A DNA stretch of 25,902 nucleotides from an uncultured Myxococcales bacterium (GTDB taxonomy: Bacteria; Myxococcota; UBA4151). The translations under genes were made by a program, and so were the position numbers. How positions within the stretch are numbered: the first letter of the stretch is position 1; every line of letters begins with the position of its first letter. Positions 16,557-23,300 of the stretch are shown here, piece after piece. The stretch lies in the NCBI GenBank assembly GCA_964013405.1, contig CAXGWI010000037.1, forward strand, positions 1-25,902, given 5' to 3'. Below the pieces are notes generated by a model that ran no database searches, was not told the DNA's origin, and saw only the letters and a list, made by a program, of their open reading frames with translations.

Positions 16557-18092
16557 ATGATCTGGAAGATCGTCGGTATCGGCCTGTATCTCGCCATTTT
16601 GGTGGGGATCGGGATCGTCGCCAGTCGCCGCATGAAAGACATGCGCGACTATTTCGCCGCGGGGAAGTCTCTTGGCTTCCTCTCCGTCGCTTTTTCAGCT
16701 CGCGCCACAGGGGAGTCTGCCTGGCTCCTCCTGGGACTCACCGGCATGGGGGCTGCCATTGGCCTCAAGGCCTTTTGGGTGGTCCTTGGTGAGGTCCTTG
16801 GGGTCGGTATTGCCTGGCTCTTCATGAGTCGGCGCTTTCATCGCCTCACCCAACGCTACGATTCCATCACCGTTCCCGATTATCTCGAATCCCGTTTTCG
16901 AGACCGCTCCCAAGCGATCCGGAAGGTGGCGGCCCTCGCCCTCGTGATCTTTGTCACCGTCTACGTCAGCGCCCAGATCGATGCGACGGGCAAAGCCTTC
17001 GAGGACTTCCTGAGTTGGAACTATTACGTTGGCATCGCGGTCGGCTTTGCGGTGGTCTTGGCCTACACCACTTCGGGGGGCTTTCTCGCCGTGGTGTGGA
17101 GCGATGTCTTTCAGGGCTTCCTGATGGTCATCGGCCTTGCGGTGCTACCGATCGCAGCCCTCATCCATATCGGTGGTTGGTCGGCAGTGACTGCCAAGCT
17201 GAACAGTATCGATCCCCATTTAATGACCTGGACCGGGGAACAGGGCCTAAGCGCCATCGGCATCGCAACGATTTTGAGTTTAGCGCTCATCGGCCTTGGC
17301 TTTCTTGGCTCACCTCAGATCTTTGTTCGCTTCCTGTCCTTGAAGGACGAATCAGAAATTACCAAGGGCACGGCGACGGCGATTACGTGGACCATTATCG
17401 CCGATTCAGGGGCCGTACTCATCGGTATGGTTGGACGGGCCATTTTGGCTGACCAGGGCTTGGGCGGCGATACCGAGAACGTGCTGCCCTTGTTGGTTGA
17501 GCACCTCATGCCGGCCTTCTTGGTGGGGCTGTACATCGCGATCGTGCTGAGCGCGACCATGAGCACCGTCGACTCGCTTCTCGTGGTGGCATCCAGCGCC
17601 TTCGTTCGAGACTACTATCAGCAGGTCAAGCATCCGGATTTGGCCGACGACAAGTTGTTGGCCATGAGCCGAAAGATGACCCTTGCTTTGGCCGCTGTCG
17701 GCTTGGGCGTCGCGCTGCTCGTCGCACTGACGACACCCGACCGAACCGTTTTTTGGTTTGTTATTTTTGGATGGAATGGAATCTCAGCCACCTTCTGTCC
17801 CACGATTATTTTGAGTCTCGCCTGGCGTGGTATGACCGCCAAAGGCGCTCTTTATGCCATGGTGGGTGGCTTCCTGGCCGTCCCCGTCTTCCAGTGGGGT
17901 GCCCCGGCTTTAGGGGGCGATGTCGGGCTCTTCTTTAAGGAGTTGAGTTGTTTGCCGCCCGCTTTTCTCGTGAGCCTTGTCCTCGGTATCGTGGTGAGTC
18001 TAAGTGACCGTGAAGGTCAGAATGCGGTCGCCGACTTCGCTCAGGACCTTGAGAGCGAGCCCGGGACGGATTCATCTCGTCCCGTGGCCTAA
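16557..18092 (+). CDS. Sodium:solute symporter, PutP-like
   Basis: About 13 hydrophobic segments, with DYF..GKSLG, SARATGESAWLLLGLTG, TVPDYLESRF, GGFLAVVWSDVFQG, GFLGSPQIFVRF and SATMSTVDSLL. Confidence 0.9.
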   Translation: MIWKIVGIGLYLAILVGIGIVASRRMKDMRDYFAAGKSLGFLSVAFSARATGESAWLLLGLTGMGAAIGLKAFWVVLGEVLGVGIAWLFMSRRFHRLTQRYDSITVPDYLESRFRDRSQAIRKVAALALVIFVTVYVSAQIDATGKAFEDFLSWNYYVGIAVGFAVVLAYTTSGGFLAVVWSDVFQGFLMVIGLAVLPIAALIHIGGWSAVTAKLNSIDPHLMTWTGEQGLSAIGIATILSLALIGLGFLGSPQIFVRFLSLKDESEITKGTATAITWTIIADSGAVLIGMVGRAILADQGLGGDTENVLPLLVEHLMPAFLVGLYIAIVLSATMSTVDSLLVVASSAFVRDYYQQVKHPDLADDKLLAMSRKMTLALAAVGLGVALLVALTTPDRTVFWFVIFGWNGISATFCPTIILSLAWRGMTAKGALYAMVGGFLAVPVFQWGAPALGGDVGLFFKELSCLPPAFLVSLVLGIVVSLSDREGQNAVADFAQDLESEPGTDSSRPVA

Positions 18093-19366
18093 GGGGTTAG
18101 ATACAGCATCGCCAGACACATCTCGTCCATGGTGTCTTCGCCGAACCGTGTGATCTCCGTCCGGCGGCTTGAGTCGAAGTTGCAGGTGATCTCAAGCTGG
18201 TCCGTCGGGCGCAGTTCAACCGGCTCGTGGAGGAAGTAGCCCAGCTGCCAATTGAAGTCCCAGTGCTTCACGTCCACCAGGCAATGGCGCTCACCATTGC
18301 GGATTCGCTCCAAGCGGAAGGTCGTGCCCAACTCGTGCATGTGAGGGATGAGACCCCAAAGCCGGATGGCTTGAGCAGCGCCGGCCTCCCGTGCAGTCAC
18401 CGCATTCTTGACCGTGTAACTCGCTTCGCCAGGGGGGATGGCAAACTCATTGAAGCCATGAACACGCATCAGCCCTGGACTGTCGACTTGAGAGGCGGTC
18501 TCGAGCCGAATGCTCGTCCGGTCCTCAAAGGCACCGTTGACCATATTATAGTGCATTTGCAGGATGAGCTTCCGACCGGCGGGAAGTTCGAGCCCCGTAC
18601 CGGCAGGGTAGGAGACTGCCCCAGTACCCGGTGCCCAGGCAGCAAGCATATTGCTGGGGACGCCCGAACCCCCGTAACAGGAGTATCCGGGCCTACCGCC
18701 CTCACCGTCCCTCGCTTCTGCTGCTCTTTCGGCGCCGGCATTCGCGGGGCTGTAGAGAATGACGTGGTGCACCACGCGGGGATCGCCCGGGACCACCTCA
18801 TAGCGAGTGACAAAGATATTTTCGGTCAGTTCGGGATCGACAAGGAAGCAGCGATAGTCGTCGGAAACGCCGTCATCGGGAAGATAGCTCACTGGCATGG
18901 TGACCGTGAGATCAGGGGCTTCGATGGTTGGCAGTGGTGGGACTTCGGGGGCTGGTTTGCTTTCACCTTCGGCCGCACCCGTGGCAGCCCAATCCGTGAG
19001 GGTTTGGATTTGCGCATCACTGAGCCAATTGGCGTCGACCCATTCGCCACATTCGCCGGAACCATCGGCTAGGAAGGGCGGCATGCTTCGGCTCCGGGTC
19101 GATGCGGCGATCGCCCCGGCCATCGGCTTCGCTTGGGCGTAGGTCCCCAGAGGAAAGGGGGCGATACCGCCCTCTTCATGACAGCGCAGGCAGTGGTCAG
19201 CCAGGATCGGTGCGACATCATCGTGCCAGGTCAGGCCCGATTGGGGGGGCGGGCCACCGTCCTCCGTTTTCGGGCCTTCAGGGAGTTCTGGCGCTTCGTA
19301 GATGAGGGGGCAGGCCCAGAGCAGGGCTGCGATGAATGCGATGGCCGGCGTCCGTTTTAACATCAT
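18089..19366 (-). CDS. Lipoprotein: c-type cytochrome fused to a copper type II (PHM/DBH-like) monooxygenase domain
   Basis: Lipobox LWAC, CLRCH at 19178-19192 followed by MPP and LSDAQIQTLTDW, and Cu-ligand motifs VHHV, QMHY, PHMH and DEMC, plus WDFNWQ. Confidence 0.85.
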   Translation of the reverse strand: MMLKRTPAIAFIAALLWACPLIYEAPELPEGPKTEDGGPPPQSGLTWHDDVAPILADHCLRCHEEGGIAPFPLGTYAQAKPMAGAIAASTRSRSMPPFLADGSGECGEWVDANWLSDAQIQTLTDWAATGAAEGESKPAPEVPPLPTIEAPDLTVTMPVSYLPDDGVSDDYRCFLVDPELTENIFVTRYEVVPGDPRVVHHVILYSPANAGAERAAEARDGEGGRPGYSCYGGSGVPSNMLAAWAPGTGAVSYPAGTGLELPAGRKLILQMHYNMVNGAFEDRTSIRLETASQVDSPGLMRVHGFNEFAIPPGEASYTVKNAVTAREAGAAQAIRLWGLIPHMHELGTTFRLERIRNGERHCLVDVKHWDFNWQLGYFLHEPVELRPTDQLEITCNFDSSRRTEITRFGEDTMDEMCLAMLYLTP

Positions 19367-19586
19367 TCGATCCGATCTTTCTCTTGGCCCACCAGGCGAG
19401 TCACCCAGGCCTCCACTGAACCGACGGTGCGTCGAGGTTCAATCTCGAATACAGCGAAAGCAATTCACGGGAGATGAATAAGATTCAGCATGGAGCCGGG
19501 AACGATGGCGTTTCGTCGATTTGTACTTGCTCGCCGCCCACGACAGCTTGTTGCAGGACAAGAGCGCGAGCGAAGCGGCCGACAAA

Positions 19587-20132
19587 CTATTCATGCCGGG
19601 GCGGTCCGCCCCATTGGTTGACCTTCTGCTCACTGGGTAGAACCGTGAAGACAAAGAGAATGATCCCACCCACATAAGGCACGAAAGAAATCAGATACCA
19701 CCAGCCGCTGCGACCGGAGTCATGGAGCCGGCGAATCGTGACGGCAAGCATCGGAATGATTAGGGCGATATAGGCCAGCCCGCCGATGATGGCCAAGCCA
19801 CCGGTCAGGATGTCATTGATGGCGGCGGCCATCGCGATGGCAAAAGCAAAGACAAACACAACGAAGATGAATGTCAGCCAGAAGCCCCAGTATTCGGTGC
19901 GACTGGCCCGGCCCGAGAAGTTCCCATAGTTTCGAAACACACAGTGGCCAAAGGCCCCCATGAGTTTCGGGCTTAACGCACCGGTACCCGATGGTGCGTG
20001 TCCTCCGCCATCAGTCACCGGCGTGAAGTTCGGCTGCCCGGCACCCCCCATGGCAGCCTGATTGGCTCCGCAGTTCGTACAGAAAGCGGTACCGTCAGCA
20101 TTTTCGGTGCCACAGGTTGGACAGAAAGCCAT
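19587..20132 (-). CDS. DUF805 inner-membrane protein with N-terminal zinc ribbon
   Basis: FCPTCG...FCTNCG, then NYGNFSGRASRTEYW, IRRLHDSGRSGWW and NQWG. GAGGAG SD upstream. Confidence 0.92.
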   Translation of the reverse strand: MAFCPTCGTENADGTAFCTNCGANQAAMGGAGQPNFTPVTDGGGHAPSGTGALSPKLMGAFGHCVFRNYGNFSGRASRTEYWGFWLTFIFVVFVFAFAIAMAAAINDILTGGLAIIGGLAYIALIIPMLAVTIRRLHDSGRSGWWYLISFVPYVGGIILFVFTVLPSEQKVNQWGGPPRHE

Positions 20133-20348
20133 ACGCTTCTCCTCGTGTTGGGGGCGAGCATAAAGGGGAGGCTCTTGTTTGACCAGCCACCAACTTCTGG
20201 GGGGCGCTGCGCTTTTGGACGCCTTGAGGAGCGGGTCCGCCGTTTGTCCGACCCGGCCTCAATTCCTTGAAGAGCCACTGCCTTGCCGATAAGGGGCAGC
20301 GCCAACGACCACTCGCGCACACGAGAAGGTTGGCACTGAGGGGGAATC

Positions 20349-23300
20349 ATGGGCCTATCAGACGCACAGAGACGGCGACGGATCGGATGGTGGCGGGCAG
20401 GGCAAAAGGCGCCCGATCATGGCGCCGAAGCACTGCAGCGGGCGGCACAACGTGTTGACGAGCCGTTTTGCCTTGTCGAAGCCGAAGGCCGACTGGCCGT
20501 AGCTCAAGAGGGGACGTGGGGTCTCGGTCTGGGGCAAGGAGGGGATTATCCCCTGATGGCCCGGGTGCCTGCGCTCCATCCCAGCACCTTGGGGGCCCAG
20601 AGTTTCCTCGACGACTATCAAGTTCGTTACGCTTACGTGGTGGGGGCCATGGCCAACGGGATCAGCTCCGTTGATCTCGTAGCTGCCGCGGCAGAAGGTG
20701 GGCTCCTCGGCGTTTTCGGTGCAGCCGGTCTGGCCATCGACGAGGTGGCCGCCGCCATCAAGACCCTAAAACAACGGCTTGGTGCGAAGACCTTCGGCGT
20801 CAACCTCATCCACAGCCCCCAAGAGCCCGAACTGGAATCGGCCCTGGTTGATTTGCTCATCGAGGAGTCGATTGAGACGGTGTCCGCCAGCGCCTTCATG
20901 GGTTTGACGCCGGCTTTGGTGCGTTATCGAGTCCAGGGGCTGTCTCAAGGCGAGAAGGGGCAGGTGGTCATCGGTCACCGCATCCTGGCCAAGGTGAGTC
21001 GGGAAGAGGTGGCGAAGCAATTCCTGCGTCCGGCCCCTGCGAAGATCCTTAATCAGTTACTGGAAGCCGGTCAGATCACGGCACTGCAGGCCAAGCTTGC
21101 GGCCCAAGTGCCCATGGCCGACGACCTGACCGCGGAGGCCGACTCCGGTGGGCATACGGACCATCGGGCCCTCGTGGTGCTGCTTCCCGCGCTCCTGGCC
21201 CTGCGGGACCAAATTCAGTTGGAGCAGGGCTACGCTCAGGCACCACGGGTGGGCGCAGCTGGCGGAATTGCCACGCCTTCTTCGGCGGCAGCAGCCTTCA
21301 GTCTTGGCGCCGATTACATCCTGACAGGATCGGTGAATCAGGCCTGCTTGGAGTCGGGGAGTTCCGATCGAGTTCGGCAGATGTTGGCCGTGGCCAAGAG
21401 TACTGACGTCACCCGGGCGCCGGCCGCGGATATGTTTGAGATGGGCGTTACCGTCCAAGTCCTGGCGAAGGGCACGCTGTTTGCCCAGCGGGCGAAGCGC
21501 TTGGACGGCTTGTATCGTCGCTATGCCAGCCTGGACGAGTTGCCTGCCGACGAGCGGAGCAAGGTCGAGGAGATCCTAGGTCAGTCCATCGACGAGGCCT
21601 GGGCATCCTGTGAGCGCTTCTTCGAGCAGCGAGATCCGAGCCAGTTGGAGAAGGCCGCCAACGACCCCAAGCATCGTATGGCTTTGGTCTTTCGTGCCTA
21701 CCTCGGCCTCAGTTCCCGTTGGGCCAACGCCGGTGAGCCCTCCCGGGCCATGGATTACCAGATCTGGTGTGGGCCGAGCATGGGGGCGTTTAACGACTGG
21801 GTTCAAGGGACGTGGCTGGAGGAATGGTCCAGTCGGCGAGTCCTCCCGATCGCCCACAATATGCTTCTCGGCGCCGCGGCTCAACTGCGGCTGTCGACCC
21901 TTCGGGCCCAGGGCGTTCCCCTACCGCATGTGGGTGATTTTAAGCCCCTTTCGGCTGCGGCTGCAGCCAAGCTGTTGGCCCGGCCGGTCGTCGAAGCGAC
22001 GGGACCGGAGTCGGCGGTTACAGAAGAAGTAGAGGCCCCTGCTACAGGCTCTGATCGCGAGGCGGTCGCCATCGTCGGTATGGGGGCGCTCTTTCCCAAG
22101 GCGGCGGATCTCGATGGCTACTGGCGCGCCCTTCGTCAGGGCGTCGATGCCATCGACGAGGTGCCGGCTTCTCACTGGTCCCTGGATGACTACTACGACG
22201 AGGACCCCCAGACGCCTGATATGACCTATGGTCGCCGTGGCGGGTTCCTCGATCCGGTGGATTTTGATCCCACCGAGTTCGGTATCCCTCCGACGATTAT
22301 GGAGGCCACCGATACGTCCCAATTACTGGCGCTGATGGTGGCCCGCCAGGCCCTCGAGGATGCCGGTTACGGTGAGGGGGTGTCCTGGGATCGCTCCAGA
22401 GCCTCCGTGGTTCTCGGCGTGACCGGGACCCAGGAGTTGGTGATCAACCTCGGCGCCCGATTGGGGCATCCCCGTTGGCGGCGGGCCTTGGAAGAGGCCG
22501 GTGTCGATGCTGAGACCCGTGAGGATGTGATCGCTCGCATCGCCCAGAGTTATGTCGGTTGGCAGGAGAGCTCCTTCCCGGGGCTGCTTGGCAACGTCGT
22601 GGCCGGGCGGATCGCCAACCGGCTCGACTTCGGCGGCACGAACTGCGTCGTCGACGCGGCCTGTGCGAGTAGCTTTGGCGCCCTTCACATGGCCCTTATG
22701 GAGTTGGAGACAGGCCGAGCCGACATGGTGCTGAGCGGTGGCGTGGATGCCCTGAACGATATCTTCATGCACATGTGCTTCTCCAAGACCCCGGCCCTGT
22801 CTGCGACGGGTGATTGCCGACCCTTTAGTGCTGAGGGTGATGGCACGGTCCTCGGAGAAGGTGTGGGCATGGTGGTCTTGAAGCGCCTCGCCGATGCGGA
22901 GCGAGATGGCGATCGTGTCTATGCCGTGCTGCGCAGTGTGGGGACATCGAGCGATGGTCGGGCCAAGTCGATCTACGCGCCGGTGGCCAGTGGGCAAGCT
23001 CGGGCGCTGCGAAGCGCTTATGAGCAAGCGGGCGCACCACCCGAGACGATCGGTATGCTGGAAGCCCACGGCACGGGAACCAAGGCCGGTGACGTGGCCG
23101 AGTTCACCGCATTGAACGAGGTTTACCGCCAGGCCCAGTCCGAGGGCACTTGGTGTGCCATCGGCTCGGTGAAGAGCCAGATCGGCCATACGAAAGCAGC
23201 CGCGGGTGCAGCGGGCCTGATCAAGGCCGCATTAGCCCTTCGTCACAAGGTGCTGTTGCCGACTTTGAAGGCAACGGAGCAGCCCAACCCGAAGCTCGGT

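Noticed and set aside
19367..19586. Small ORF or ncRNA in the 220-nt gap; short TGAAT-N3-ATTCA palindrome
   Set aside because: Candidate ORFs overlap DUF805 and lack an SD or motifs, and a 5-bp palindrome is expected by chance.
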